The translations under genes were made by a program, and so were the position numbers. 45,929 nt of DNA from positions 1-45,929 of the forward strand of contig JAFGXH010000267.1 in NCBI GenBank assembly GCA_016936735.1, written 5' to 3'. This DNA comes from a bacterium (GTDB lineage: Bacteria; UBP6; JAFGXH01). This document shows positions 25,822-35,931 of this stretch, piece after piece. A model generated the notes under the pieces. The model had not been told where the DNA came from and made no database searches. It was given only the letters and a program-made list of their open reading frames with translations. The stretch's first letter is position 1; the number at the start of each line of letters is the position of its first letter.

Positions 25822-27102
25822 ATGGAGAGATTTGTTATACAGGGTGGTAATCCCTTAAATGGTTCAATAACCCCATCAGGTAATAAAAATGAGGTATTAC
25901 CTGTTCTTGCTGCTACCATTTTAACTGATGAAAAAATTATTCTTAGAAATATACCTAAAATAAAAGATGTTGAGGTTGTCATTGAGATTATGAAAGATTT
26001 AGGATCTATTATTGAGTGGATTGATGAAACAACACTATATATTGTTAATAAAGAGATAAATAAAATAGAGTTATCAAAAACACTATGTCAAAAAATAAGA
26101 GCCTCAATACTTTTTTTAGGACCAATGGTTGCAAAACATAAAAGAGTTATTTTACCACCTCCTGGTGGAGATGTTATCGGTAGAAGACGATTAGACACCC
26201 ATTTCATTGGTTTAGAAAAATTGGGTGCAAAAATTGAGATTAGTGATGTTTTTGATGTTTCTGCTGATAAATTACTAGGAAAAGAGATTTTTTTAGATGA
26301 ACCATCTGTTACTGCAACAGAGAATATAATAATGGCAGCTGTTATGGCATCTGGGGTAACAATAATAAGGAATGCTGCAAGAGAGCCACATGTTGTTAAT
26401 TTAACAAAATTTTTGAGTAGTATTGGTGCAAGAATAGAGGGAATTGGAGGTAGTACACTCTATATTACTGGAGTTGATAGACTTTATGGTGGTGAATTTA
26501 CTATATCTCCAGACTATTTAGAGGTTGGTTCTTTTATTGGTCTTGCGGCTCTTACAAATGGCTCAATAAGAATTAAAGATTGCAAAAAAGAGGATATGCA
26601 TATGATTCTTATGAATTTTGAAAAACTTGGTATTTTTGTTGAGTGGGAAGGGAATGATATTATTGTAAAAGAGAACCAGCCACTTATTATAAAAGATGAT
26701 TTTATGGGTGCTGTTCCAAAAATTGATGATGGTCCTTGGCCACATTTTCCAACAGATTTAATGTCTATTGCAATTACTGTAGCAACAAAAGCAAAAGGGA
26801 CTATAATATTTTTTGAAAAAATGTTTGAGGGAAGAATGTATTTTGTTGATAATCTAATTGGAATGGGGGCTAGAATAATACCTTGTGACCCTCATAGAGT
26901 TGTTATTGTTGGTCCATCTGCTTTATATGGAGCAACACTTGATTCGCCAGATGTTCGTGCTGGAATGTCTCTATTAATTGCAGCTCTTGCTGCAAAAGGG
27001 GAATCTAAAATATATAATATTAGACAAATTGATAGAGGTTATGCCTTTATAGAGAGAAAACTTCAATCTCTTGGTGCCTCTATTGTTAGAGAATCCATAT
27101 AA
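25822..27102 (+). CDS. murA: UDP-N-acetylglucosamine 1-carboxyvinyltransferase
   Basis: SGNKN, RASIL, PGGDVIGRRRLDTH, SVTATEN, NAAREPH, WPHFPTDL, DVRAG, IDRGY; start at AGGAG-ATG 25822. Confidence 0.95.
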   Translation: MERFVIQGGNPLNGSITPSGNKNEVLPVLAATILTDEKIILRNIPKIKDVEVVIEIMKDLGSIIEWIDETTLYIVNKEINKIELSKTLCQKIRASILFLGPMVAKHKRVILPPPGGDVIGRRRLDTHFIGLEKLGAKIEISDVFDVSADKLLGKEIFLDEPSVTATENIIMAAVMASGVTIIRNAAREPHVVNLTKFLSSIGARIEGIGGSTLYITGVDRLYGGEFTISPDYLEVGSFIGLAALTNGSIRIKDCKKEDMHMILMNFEKLGIFVEWEGNDIIVKENQPLIIKDDFMGAVPKIDDGPWPHFPTDLMSIAITVATKAKGTIIFFEKMFEGRMYFVDNLIGMGARIIPCDPHRVVIVGPSALYGATLDSPDVRAGMSLLIAALAAKGESKIYNIRQIDRGYAFIERKLQSLGASIVRESI

Positions 27103-27386
27103 TTGATTAGAATTTTCACTTTTTTATAAATAATTTTAATTGTCCAAAAAATAGTAATTGAGAAGAGTGTAGCTCTTTTAACATCAATAGCCTAAAAAAG
27201 ATATTAATAGATTGTTAAATGAGCAAAGTTATAATAAAAAAATCATAGTTTAGTTGAATAATTTAACTATAAATAAGAAAAAAGAGTGAATTTGTAATTT
27301 TCTTGTGACTAATAGATAAGCTCTTGATTAACTAATTTGATTTATAGTAAATTATATATCCTATCTTTTGGTGCAAGGAGAATTTT

Positions 27387-28346
27387 ATGGCTAGAAAGAC
27401 AATTGTTATCGCTCTTGGAGGCAATGCAATTAAACAGGCAAATGAACAGGGAACTTATGAAGAACAGATGAGAAATGTTCTTATCACATCTAAAGAGATT
27501 GTTAAACTACTTAAAGCTGGTTATCGTCTTGTTATAACTCATGGAAATGGACCTCAAGCTGGTTCTCTTTTAATCCAACAAGAGGCTGGGAATAAAGAGG
27601 TTCCAGCTCAACCACTTGATGCTGTTGGTGGAATGACACAGGGACAAATTGGTTATATGATGCAACAATGTCTTACAAATCTTATTGGAGATGAAAGACT
27701 TCAAATTCCAGTTGTATCAATTGTTAATCAAGTTCGTGTATCTGCTGATGACCCAGATTTCAATAATCCATCTAAACCTGTTGGTCCATTCTACTCAAAA
27801 GATGAGGCAGAACAGCTTAAAGTCATAAAACCAGATTGGATTATGAAAGAGGTAAAACCTCAAACAGTTGAAAAAAGATTCCGCAGAGTTGTTGCATCTC
27901 CAGACCCAATTCAAAATATGGAGGCTATTGCAATTAGAAGAATGCTTGATAGTGGTCTTCTTGTTATTGCATCTGGTGGTGGTGGTATTCCTGTTGTTTA
28001 TGATGAAAATAGACATTTAAAAGGTATTGCTGCTGTTATTGATAAAGATTTAGCTGGTGCAAAACTTGCAGAGGTTGTTGGTGCAGATATCTTTTTAATT
28101 CTTACTGATGTTTCAAATGCATGTATTCAATATGGAAAACCAGATGAGAAAAAACTAGGAGTTCTCTCTTATGATGAGATGAAAAAATATTCTCAAGAGG
28201 GGCATTTTGGTTCTGGAAGTATGGGACCAAAAGTTAATGCAGCTCTTCGTTTTGTTGAGTATGGTGGTGAACGTGCTATCATTACATCACTTGACCAAGC
28301 TTTTGAAGCAATAACAAAATCAGCAGGAACTCAAATTTTAAAATAG
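27387..28346 (+). CDS. arcC: Carbamate kinase (ArcC/YqeA family)
   Basis: IALGGNA, THGNGPQ, PSKPVGPFY, RRVVASP, GGGGIPV, AVIDKD, GSMGPKV. Confidence 0.93.
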   Translation: MARKTIVIALGGNAIKQANEQGTYEEQMRNVLITSKEIVKLLKAGYRLVITHGNGPQAGSLLIQQEAGNKEVPAQPLDAVGGMTQGQIGYMMQQCLTNLIGDERLQIPVVSIVNQVRVSADDPDFNNPSKPVGPFYSKDEAEQLKVIKPDWIMKEVKPQTVEKRFRRVVASPDPIQNMEAIAIRRMLDSGLLVIASGGGGIPVVYDENRHLKGIAAVIDKDLAGAKLAEVVGADIFLILTDVSNACIQYGKPDEKKLGVLSYDEMKKYSQEGHFGSGSMGPKVNAALRFVEYGGERAIITSLDQAFEAITKSAGTQILK

Positions 28347-28412
28347 TGGTTGTTTCAGTTATATCAAATATTTTAATAAAAAAATATTAATGATATTAAA
28401 TTTTATATCTTG

Positions 28413-28437
28413 CAGTGGGTTAAAACCCACTGTTCAT
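28413..28437. repeat. REP-like palindrome, copy 2
   Basis: CAGTGGGTT-AA-AACCCACTG perfect hairpin followed by TTCAT; resembles 11835..11860. Confidence 0.6.
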
Positions 28438-28503
28438 TCATATATTTTTTTGTTTAAACAGAAAAATGCTATAATCGGTTTTTAATATCAAAGGAGTAGT
28501 AGA

Positions 28504-31500
28504 ATGAGTGACAGATTTTCATTAGTTCCAATAAAACAGCTTGTGAAATGGATTTTAAATGAGTATGAAACAAAAGGGGAGATATTTGGAATATCTAAAG
28601 AGCTTTTCTTTACACCAAAAAAAGATGATAGTTTTAGATTAAAAAGATTTGGACAGCTTCTTGAAACACCTCTTGGAGTTGCTGCTGGACCACATACACA
28701 AATGGCTCAAAATATTGTTGCTGCTTGGTTAGTAGGAGCAAGATATATTGAGTTAAAAACTGTTCAAACTCTTGATGAGATTGCTGTTTCTAAACCATGT
28801 ATTGATATGGAGGATGAGGGATATAACTGCGAATGGTCACAAGAGCTTCGTCTTACAGAATCATTTGAAGAGTATCTTAAAGCTTGGATTATTATTCATC
28901 TTTTACGCCATAAATTTGGCTGGAAAAATGAGAATAGTGAACTTGGAACTATTTTTAATATGAGTGTTGGTTATAGTTATGATGGAATTTTAAATGAGAA
29001 TGTTCAAAAATTCCTTAATAACATGCAAAATGCAGAGGAGTTAAAAAAACAGTATATTGATGAGATTAGAGAGCTTTATAGTGAGATTGATAACATCAAT
29101 ATACCTAATATTTTATCAGATAATTTAACACTCTCAACAATGCACGGATGCCCACCAGAGGAGATTGAGAAAATCGCTAACTATTTGATAACAGAGAGAA
29201 AACTTCATACAACAATTAAATTAAATCCAACACTTCTTGGAAGTGAAAAATTAAGATATATTCTTAATGATAAACTTGGATTTAGCACTGTTGTTCCTGA
29301 TATCGCATTTGAGCATGATTTAAAATATCCTGATGCAGTTGCAATGATTAGAAGATTAACAACTCTTGCTGATAAAGAGGGACTATTTTTTGGTTTGAAA
29401 CTCACAAATACTCTTGAGAGTGTTAATATAAAATCTGTTTTCCCTGAAAATGAAAAAATGATGTATATGTCTGGAAGAGCTCTTCATGCAGTAAGTGTTC
29501 ATGTTGCTGAAAGAGTTCAAATTGAGTTTGGTGGAAAACTTGATATCTCTTTTTCTGCTGGAGCAGATGCTTTTAATATTGGAAAAATATTGGCTCTTAA
29601 TATCAGACCAGTTACAGTTTGCTCAGACCTTTTAAAACCAGGTGGTTATGGTCGTATGGCTCAATATATTAAAACAATAAGTCATACTATGAGAGAGGCA
29701 TCTGCAAAATCTATTGAGGAGTTAACACTAAAAAAAGCAGGAAAAGAGTCACTTGAAGAGGCTATTGTTAATAATTTAAAAAAATATGCTGTTGAGGTCT
29801 TAGAGGATAAAAGATATCACTCTGAAGAGCATCCCTGGGAACCAATTAAAACAGATAGAGTGCTTAATAGTTTTGATTGTATTAAAGCACCTTGTGAAAC
29901 AACATGCCCAACACATCAAAACATTCCTCAATATATGTATTTAACATCTATTGGTGAGTTTGAAAAGGCTTTAGAGGTTATTAGATCTAGCAACCCATTC
30001 CCAAATTCAACAGGAATGGCTTGTGATCACACTTGTGAATTCAAATGTACACGTATTAATTATGATAATCCTCTTATGATTAGAGAGATAAAAAGATTTG
30101 TTGCCTCTGTTGAGAAAACAGCAAAAACTCCAGAGAAAAACTCAAGTAATGGTAAAAAAGTATCCATTATTGGTGCTGGACCATCTGGGTTATCTGCAGC
30201 ATACTATCTTGCTCAAAAAGGTTTTTCTGTTAAAGTTTTTGAAGCTAAAACTCCTGCTGGTGGTATGTTAACTCATGCACTTCCAGATTTTAGAGCATTA
30301 AATGAAAAAGTTGATAGTGATATTGAACTGATTCGCTCTCTTGGTGTTGAGATAGTTGAAAATCATCCAGTAAAAACAAAAGAGGCTTTTGAAAACATTA
30401 AAAATAGCTCCGATTACCTTTATATATCAACTGGTGCAGCTAAAGCTAAAAATATGGATATTGAGGGTGAAAATAGTGATGGAGTTTGGGATTTCTTAAC
30501 ATTTTTAGATCAATCAAAATATGGTAAAATAGAGAATGTTCCAACAGAGATTCTTGTTATTGGTGGTGGAAACTCCGCAATAGATGCTGCAAGAAGTGCT
30601 AAACGTCTTGTTGGTGATAAAGGCTCTGTAAAACTTGTATATAGAAGAACTCGTAAAGAGATGCCAGCAGATAGAGAGGAGATAAAAGATTTAATTGAGG
30701 AGAATATCCCAATTGTTGAACTTAAAGCTCCTGTTAGAGTTGTAACAGAGAATGGAAAAACTGTTGGATTAGAGTGTATTACAATGAAATTAAGTGATCC
30801 TGATGAGAGTGGTCGTCGTCGTCCTGTTCCTGTTGAGGGTTCAAATGAGATTATTCCTGCAGGTTGGATTATTAAAGCGATTGGACAGGATACTGTTCTC
30901 CCATTTTTAGAGGATAGTGGAGTTGAATTAACAAAATGGAAAACAGTTAAAACAGACCCATATACACATGAAACAACACTGAAATCTGTTTTTGCTGGTG
31001 GAGATGTTTCAAGAGGTCCAGCATCTATTATCAAAGCTGTTGCAGATGGTAAAGAGGTTGCATTCCAAATTGCAAAAGAGAATGAACTTTCATTTAAAGA
31101 GACACCAAAAACAGAGAAAAATATCTCTAGAACTCAACTAAAAGTTAAAAAATCTGAAAGAGTTAACTCTATGGGATTACCAATTATTGAGGATGCAAAT
31201 AGAGATAAATTTGAGATAATTGTTAGAAACCTAACAGAAGAAGAGGCTATAAAAGAGGCATCTCGTTGTTTATATTGTGATGAGATTTGTGATGTTTGCG
31301 TATCTGTTTGTCCTAATAGAGCAAATGTATCATATAAATCAACTCCAAAAAAATATGTTTTTAATGAGTTATCTATTGTTAATGGTTCTATTCAAGAGAG
31401 AGATGTTAAAACATTTGAAACAAAACAGAGATATCAAGTATTAAATGTTGGTGACTTTTGTAATGAGTGTGGAAACTGTTCAACATTCTGCCCAACAAAT

Positions 31501-31815
31501 GGTAGACCATATGAGGATAAACCTAAATTCTATTTAACAGAAGCTAGTTTTAATCCTGAGAAAAATGGATATTTTCATGCTATTGAGAGTGGTGTTCACT
31601 CAATCACAGCAAAATTTAATGGAGTTGAATATAAACTTACATCAAATGGAGAGTTTTATCTTTATGAGAACTCTGTTGCATCTGTAAAACTTAATAGAGA
31701 TAATCTCTCTGTTGTGAATATTGATGTAAAATCTGATGGAGATATCTCTCTTGAAAACTGTGCAAAAATGAGTCTTCTTCTTGATGCTTTTGAATCCGAT
31801 TTAGTTTATATCTAA
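28504..31815 (+). CDS. ygfK: YgfK-family Fe-S flavo-oxidoreductase ('putative selenate reductase', purine/urate catabolism associated)
   Basis: GVAAGPHTQMAQNI, ELKTVQ, KPCIDMEDEGYNCEWS, TLSTMHGCPPEEIE, KLNPTLLG, GLKLTNT, MYMSGRAL; GltD-like FAD/NADPH domain; C-terminal CDVCVSVCPNRAN and CNECGNCSTFCP. Confidence 0.93.
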   Translation: MSDRFSLVPIKQLVKWILNEYETKGEIFGISKELFFTPKKDDSFRLKRFGQLLETPLGVAAGPHTQMAQNIVAAWLVGARYIELKTVQTLDEIAVSKPCIDMEDEGYNCEWSQELRLTESFEEYLKAWIIIHLLRHKFGWKNENSELGTIFNMSVGYSYDGILNENVQKFLNNMQNAEELKKQYIDEIRELYSEIDNINIPNILSDNLTLSTMHGCPPEEIEKIANYLITERKLHTTIKLNPTLLGSEKLRYILNDKLGFSTVVPDIAFEHDLKYPDAVAMIRRLTTLADKEGLFFGLKLTNTLESVNIKSVFPENEKMMYMSGRALHAVSVHVAERVQIEFGGKLDISFSAGADAFNIGKILALNIRPVTVCSDLLKPGGYGRMAQYIKTISHTMREASAKSIEELTLKKAGKESLEEAIVNNLKKYAVEVLEDKRYHSEEHPWEPIKTDRVLNSFDCIKAPCETTCPTHQNIPQYMYLTSIGEFEKALEVIRSSNPFPNSTGMACDHTCEFKCTRINYDNPLMIREIKRFVASVEKTAKTPEKNSSNGKKVSIIGAGPSGLSAAYYLAQKGFSVKVFEAKTPAGGMLTHALPDFRALNEKVDSDIELIRSLGVEIVENHPVKTKEAFENIKNSSDYLYISTGAAKAKNMDIEGENSDGVWDFLTFLDQSKYGKIENVPTEILVIGGGNSAIDAARSAKRLVGDKGSVKLVYRRTRKEMPADREEIKDLIEENIPIVELKAPVRVVTENGKTVGLECITMKLSDPDESGRRRPVPVEGSNEIIPAGWIIKAIGQDTVLPFLEDSGVELTKWKTVKTDPYTHETTLKSVFAGGDVSRGPASIIKAVADGKEVAFQIAKENELSFKETPKTEKNISRTQLKVKKSERVNSMGLPIIEDANRDKFEIIVRNLTEEEAIKEASRCLYCDEICDVCVSVCPNRANVSYKSTPKKYVFNELSIVNGSIQERDVKTFETKQRYQVLNVGDFCNECGNCSTFCPTNGRPYEDKPKFYLTEASFNPEKNGYFHAIESGVHSITAKFNGVEYKLTSNGEFYLYENSVASVKLNRDNLSVVNIDVKSDGDISLENCAKMSLLLDAFESDLVYI

Positions 31816-32014
31816 TATCTAATTGCAATTCTTGATAATTAAATAGTCATTTTTATAATATAGTTTCAGTAAAATTATTATCTTTCCTTAACTCTCTAAC
31901 AAACTCTTTTAAAATTTTAAAAAAATAACCAAAATCACTTTCTATTGAATAATATTAATTTTGTATAATTGATTTGAATATCTATTAGATTCTTTTATAT
32001 CTGATTCTAAAAAT

Positions 32015-32623
32015 TTATAAGAAGTTTTTTTTGATAGTTTCAATAGTCTCTTTAAGTGAACGATCTCTTGTTGGTTCTCCTAAAGCCTCCACTTTCCACT
32101 CTCCATTATGTTTATATATTTTTCCAAGAACCATTGATACAGAACCAGAGAATTTTGGATCTGATGCAATATTATAGCTTGCAAAAACATTGACAACTTT
32201 TTTAGGAGTTCCCTCATAAAGTCTTAATCTTGCAAATGGAATAGATGCAAAATCCTGTCCTTTAAAACTATTTAGTATAAAAAACATTTTATCTGCATTC
32301 TCTGTTATTTGCTTAAGATTAATAGTGATAACCTCATTATCTAATCCATCATCACCACCACTATCACCACTTCTATCATCACCACTATGTTTTATTGCTC
32401 CATCTCTTGATTTTAAACTTCCATAATAGACTGTATCAAGAATAAAACCTTTACTATCAAACAAAACAACAGATGAGTCTAAATCAACAGTCTCTGTTTT
32501 TGTTCCAAAAAATCCTTTTTTCTGGATAGAACCCCAATTTAGACCAATACAAATCTCTGTTAATTTTGTACCATTATCCTTCTCGAGTTTTATTTTTTCA
32601 CCCTTCACTAAATTGATAGGCAT
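32015..32623 (-). CDS. TerD-family protein (TerZ-like)
   Basis: INLVKGE, GLNWG, DLDSS, HSGDDRSGD..GDDGLDNE, FILNSFKGQDF. Confidence 0.88.
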   Translation of the reverse strand: MPINLVKGEKIKLEKDNGTKLTEICIGLNWGSIQKKGFFGTKTETVDLDSSVVLFDSKGFILDTVYYGSLKSRDGAIKHSGDDRSGDSGGDDGLDNEVITINLKQITENADKMFFILNSFKGQDFASIPFARLRLYEGTPKKVVNVFASYNIASDPKFSGSVSMVLGKIYKHNGEWKVEALGEPTRDRSLKETIETIKKNFL

Positions 32624-32631
32624 TACTCCCC

Positions 32632-33201
32632 CTATTTAGAATATTTATTTAATACATCCTCTAAACCATTTTTAGATGTTCCAACACGCTCACCAACAGC
32701 ATTGAATTTCCACTCATTATTATGTTTATAAAAACGAACCATCTCCATTGATGTTGCATTACTCATATCTTCAGAAAGGTCAAATGTGTATAAAACCTCA
32801 TTTGTATCTGCATCATATAGCTTTACAGTTGCATTTTTGATACGACCAAAAACAACAGCCTCCTGATTTGGGTCTGCATAGGATGTGATAACAGCTAAAA
32901 TCTCTTGAGCCTGTGTTTTTTTCAAATCAACAGAGATAACCTCATCATCTCCATCCCCATCTCCACTTCTATTATCTCCAGAGTGAACAATTGCTCCATC
33001 AAAAGAGGTTGTCTGATTATAAAAAACAATAGAGTCCTCTCTTATCATTTTTCCATCCTCTCCAAGCATAAACACAGAGGCATCTAAATCTGCTGTTAAA
33101 CCTGGTTTCATATCCCAAGACAAACCTATTTTCAATTTTTGAAGTCCTGGATTCTGTTTTGTTAAGCTTATTTTTTCACCTTTTACTAAACTAATTGGCA
33201 T
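32632..33201 (-). CDS. terD: TerD-family protein
   Basis: ISLVKGE, GLSWD, DLDAS, HSGDNRSGDGDGDDE, EWKFNAVG. Confidence 0.88.
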   Translation of the reverse strand: MPISLVKGEKISLTKQNPGLQKLKIGLSWDMKPGLTADLDASVFMLGEDGKMIREDSIVFYNQTTSFDGAIVHSGDNRSGDGDGDDEVISVDLKKTQAQEILAVITSYADPNQEAVVFGRIKNATVKLYDADTNEVLYTFDLSEDMSNATSMEMVRFYKHNNEWKFNAVGERVGTSKNGLEDVLNKYSK

Positions 33202-33213
33202 ACTATCCTCCTA

Positions 33214-33783
33214 TTATTTTGAATATTTATTAACAACATCTTCTAAACCATTTTTGGAGCTTCCAACCCTCTCTCCAATTGCATTAAATTTCCACTCTCC
33301 ATTATGTTTATAAAGACGAACCATCTCCATTGATGTGGCATTACTCATATCTTCAGTGAGGTCAAAAACATATAAAACCTCATTTGTTTCTGCATCATAT
33401 AGTTTTACAGTTGCATTTTTAATACGTCCAAAAACAACAGCCTCTTGATTTGGGTCTGCATAGGATGTAATAACAGCTAAAATCTCTTGAGACTGTGTTT
33501 TTTTTAAATCAACAGAGATAACCTCATCATCTCCATCTCCATCTCCAGTTCTATTATCTCCAGAGTGAACAACAGCTCCATCAAAAGAGGTCAGCTGATT
33601 ATAAAAAACAATAGAGTCCTCTCTTATCATTTTTCCATCATCTCCAAGTAATAATATAGAGGCATCTAAATCTGCTGTTAACCCTGGTTTCATATCCCAA
33701 GATAAACCTATTTTAAGCTTTTGAAGTCCAGGATTTTCTTTAGTTAAGTTAATACGTTCTCCCTTTACTAAACTTATAGGCAT
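33214..33783 (-). CDS. terD: TerD-family protein, near-identical tandem paralog of 32632..33201
   Basis: Same motifs (HSGDNRTGDGDGDDE) and same length (189 aa). Confidence 0.88.
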   Translation of the reverse strand: MPISLVKGERINLTKENPGLQKLKIGLSWDMKPGLTADLDASILLLGDDGKMIREDSIVFYNQLTSFDGAVVHSGDNRTGDGDGDDEVISVDLKKTQSQEILAVITSYADPNQEAVVFGRIKNATVKLYDAETNEVLYVFDLTEDMSNATSMEMVRLYKHNGEWKFNAIGERVGSSKNGLEDVVNKYSK

Positions 33784-33870
33784 AACTTCTCCTTAAATTA
33801 CAAACTGTTAAATTTTTAACATAAAAATTAAATTTTTGTCAAGGATTGGATATTTTTAAGAATAATTAGA

Positions 33871-34317
33871 TTAAAAATGACCAATGAATAGATAAACAAT
33901 AACTCCACTAACATAAAAAAAGAGTCCTCCCATAAGAGTAATTAATTGAAGATGAAATAGTTTTGTTCGTTTATTCCTTCGATCAATAAGTGAAATAAGT
34001 ATATCAATTGGTTCTTCAACACCATTTTGAGTCAACCATCTTATTTTAAGAGTTGATAGTAAAATTATTATTGTAGAAAGAAGAACTGTTGATAGACCTA
34101 ATATTAGAAAAACCCTAGATATAGTATTGTCAGATGCTATTTTGGGACCAGAAAATCCAGTAATAGTTAAAGTTAATGTTGACAATGTTAACATCATTTG
34201 ATTTCTTGATTGTAAAACATCAAAATGATGATTGATTATTTTATAACATTCAGTCCAATTAGGAAAAAGCCTCATCATTAAATTGGCCTCCTCTTTTGAA
34301 GATAGATATTTACCCAT
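33871..34317 (-). CDS. Hypothetical membrane protein (about 3 TM)
   Basis: GAGG RBS; hydrophobic segments LSTLTLTITGFSG, FLILGL..., LITLMGGLFFY. Confidence 0.7.
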   Translation of the reverse strand: MGKYLSSKEEANLMMRLFPNWTECYKIINHHFDVLQSRNQMMLTLSTLTLTITGFSGPKIASDNTISRVFLILGLSTVLLSTIIILLSTLKIRWLTQNGVEEPIDILISLIDRRNKRTKLFHLQLITLMGGLFFYVSGVIVYLFIGHF

Positions 34318-34429
34318 TATTTATTCCTCATTTTTTTATAATTAAAATAAAAATATCCTTAAATAACTAAAAACATAACTTAATTTTTAAACAACAAACA
34401 ATTATTAATTAAATTTAATTTAAAGTCAA

Positions 34430-35536
34430 TTATATTTGACCCAATTTTGTTGAAAATATAAGATTTCTTATACCACTTGAGTATAAAAATGGAGACTTTA
34501 TTGTTTTAAAAAAAACTCTTCTCTTTATATGAGTTGTTTTTTTTATATATGTAGATAATAGATTTTTTGTTGATTTATTAAAAAGTTCTGCTAATATCAC
34601 TCCTGTCTCTAGTGCAAAACTTATCCCCTCTGCAGAGCTTGGACTAATCCAACCAGCAGCCTCTCCAATAAGAAAAATATTTTCGTTCCCTAAAAAAATC
34701 TCTTTTAAAGAGTTAGGTCTAAAATGAATACTACCTTTTCTTAAAAATTTTTTATTTTCTAAAAATGGATAATATTTTACCATCTTCTCTTTCATAAAAG
34801 ATACTCTTGCATCTATTGAATTAAAATATTCTACACTTTTTTTATTTAAATTGTGTTGAGTTTTTTCTTTAAAAGATAATCCAATAATATTATGGCTCTC
34901 TTTTGGAATAATCCATCCATAAAAATCTGTTAATTGAGGATGAAAAAAAGCAACAAAATGATTTAATTTTAAATCTGCTTTGTAATAATCCTGAATAGTT
35001 GAATATATTGATGGATTCTGTTCCGGCTTTAGATATTTCCTAACTTTAGAAAATGCTCCATCTGCTCCAATCAAATATTTACAACTATGTTGCTCATATA
35101 CCCCATTTTTTCTAATTGTGAAATTTATAGAGTTATCTATTTTCTCTATTTTTTCAAGATAATACCCAATTTTCTTATCAATACTCTTAGGAATAAGTGA
35201 AAATAGCCATTTATCAAAAGCGACTCTATTAATATTTAAATAATCTCTGGGATATATTGCCTTTTTCCCATGATAAAGATCAATTGCATGAATTGAAAAT
35301 AGTTGATTTGAATCCAATACATAAGAGGGAATAACCAAACCCATCTTTTTTAACATCTCCTGTGCATCAGAAGTGAGAAGCCCCCCACAGGATTTCTCGA
35401 TATCAAATAAATTACTATTTTCTACCATTAAATCACGCTTTTCAATAATGACTACATTAAATTTAGAGGAGACTATTTTTGCAAATGTAGAACCAGCCGG
35501 ACCAGCACCTATAATAGCAATATCATAATTAGACAT
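34430..35536 (-). CDS. cbrA: CbrA-like FAD-dependent oxidoreductase (geranylgeranyl reductase family)
   Basis: IIGAGPAGS, KSCGGLL..DAQ, QLFS, YLNINRVAFD, GADGA, LIGEAAGWISPSSAEGISFAL closely follow E. coli CbrA as recalled. Confidence 0.8.
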   Translation of the reverse strand: MSNYDIAIIGAGPAGSTFAKIVSSKFNVVIIEKRDLMVENSNLFDIEKSCGGLLTSDAQEMLKKMGLVIPSYVLDSNQLFSIHAIDLYHGKKAIYPRDYLNINRVAFDKWLFSLIPKSIDKKIGYYLEKIEKIDNSINFTIRKNGVYEQHSCKYLIGADGAFSKVRKYLKPEQNPSIYSTIQDYYKADLKLNHFVAFFHPQLTDFYGWIIPKESHNIIGLSFKEKTQHNLNKKSVEYFNSIDARVSFMKEKMVKYYPFLENKKFLRKGSIHFRPNSLKEIFLGNENIFLIGEAAGWISPSSAEGISFALETGVILAELFNKSTKNLLSTYIKKTTHIKRRVFFKTIKSPFLYSSGIRNLIFSTKLGQI

Positions 35537-35542
35537 AAATAA

Positions 35543-35776
35543 CTATAATATTGTTTTATCTTGAAAAGAGCTACTTCCATTATTAATAATCTCTTTTTTA
35601 TCTTTAACATAATTCAAAAGATATGGAATAAAAAGTATTGAATATATGATAACATAAAAAGAGGCAGAAACAATTGTTATTAATTTTATCTCCCAATTTA
35701 GAATAAATGCAGCAAAAACCATCAATAGCAAAATTACTGTATTTATGATAAATTCCGAATTAATCATCCCTTTCAT
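35543..35776 (-). CDS. Small two-TM hypothetical protein
   Basis: GGAGG RBS before ATG 35776; ends 6 nt before the cbrA start. Confidence 0.6.
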   Translation of the reverse strand: MKGMINSEFIINTVILLLMVFAAFILNWEIKLITIVSASFYVIIYSILFIPYLLNYVKDKKEIINNGSSSFQDKTIL

Positions 35777-35885
35777 GACAACCTCCATATAACACATTTA
35801 TTAATAAGCAATATTATTTCCAATAATCATATTAAAAAAATATACTTTAATAATAGTATGTTAAGATATTTTTTTTAATTTATAT

Positions 35886-35931
35886 GACATAAATGTCGCT
35901 AAATAGTAGATATAAATAAGACATTTATGTA
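35886..35931. promoter_or_regulatory. Paired operator-like palindromes
   Basis: GACATAAATGTC (35886..35897) and GACATTTATGTA (35920..35931), inverted relative to each other. Confidence 0.45.

Noticed and set aside
27387-28346. Arginine deiminase operon
   Set aside because: No arcA, arcB or arcD adjacent; linkage to ygfK favours purine catabolism
28504-31815. True selenate reductase or selenoprotein
   Set aside because: No molybdopterin subunit and no in-frame TGA; the name is a legacy annotation
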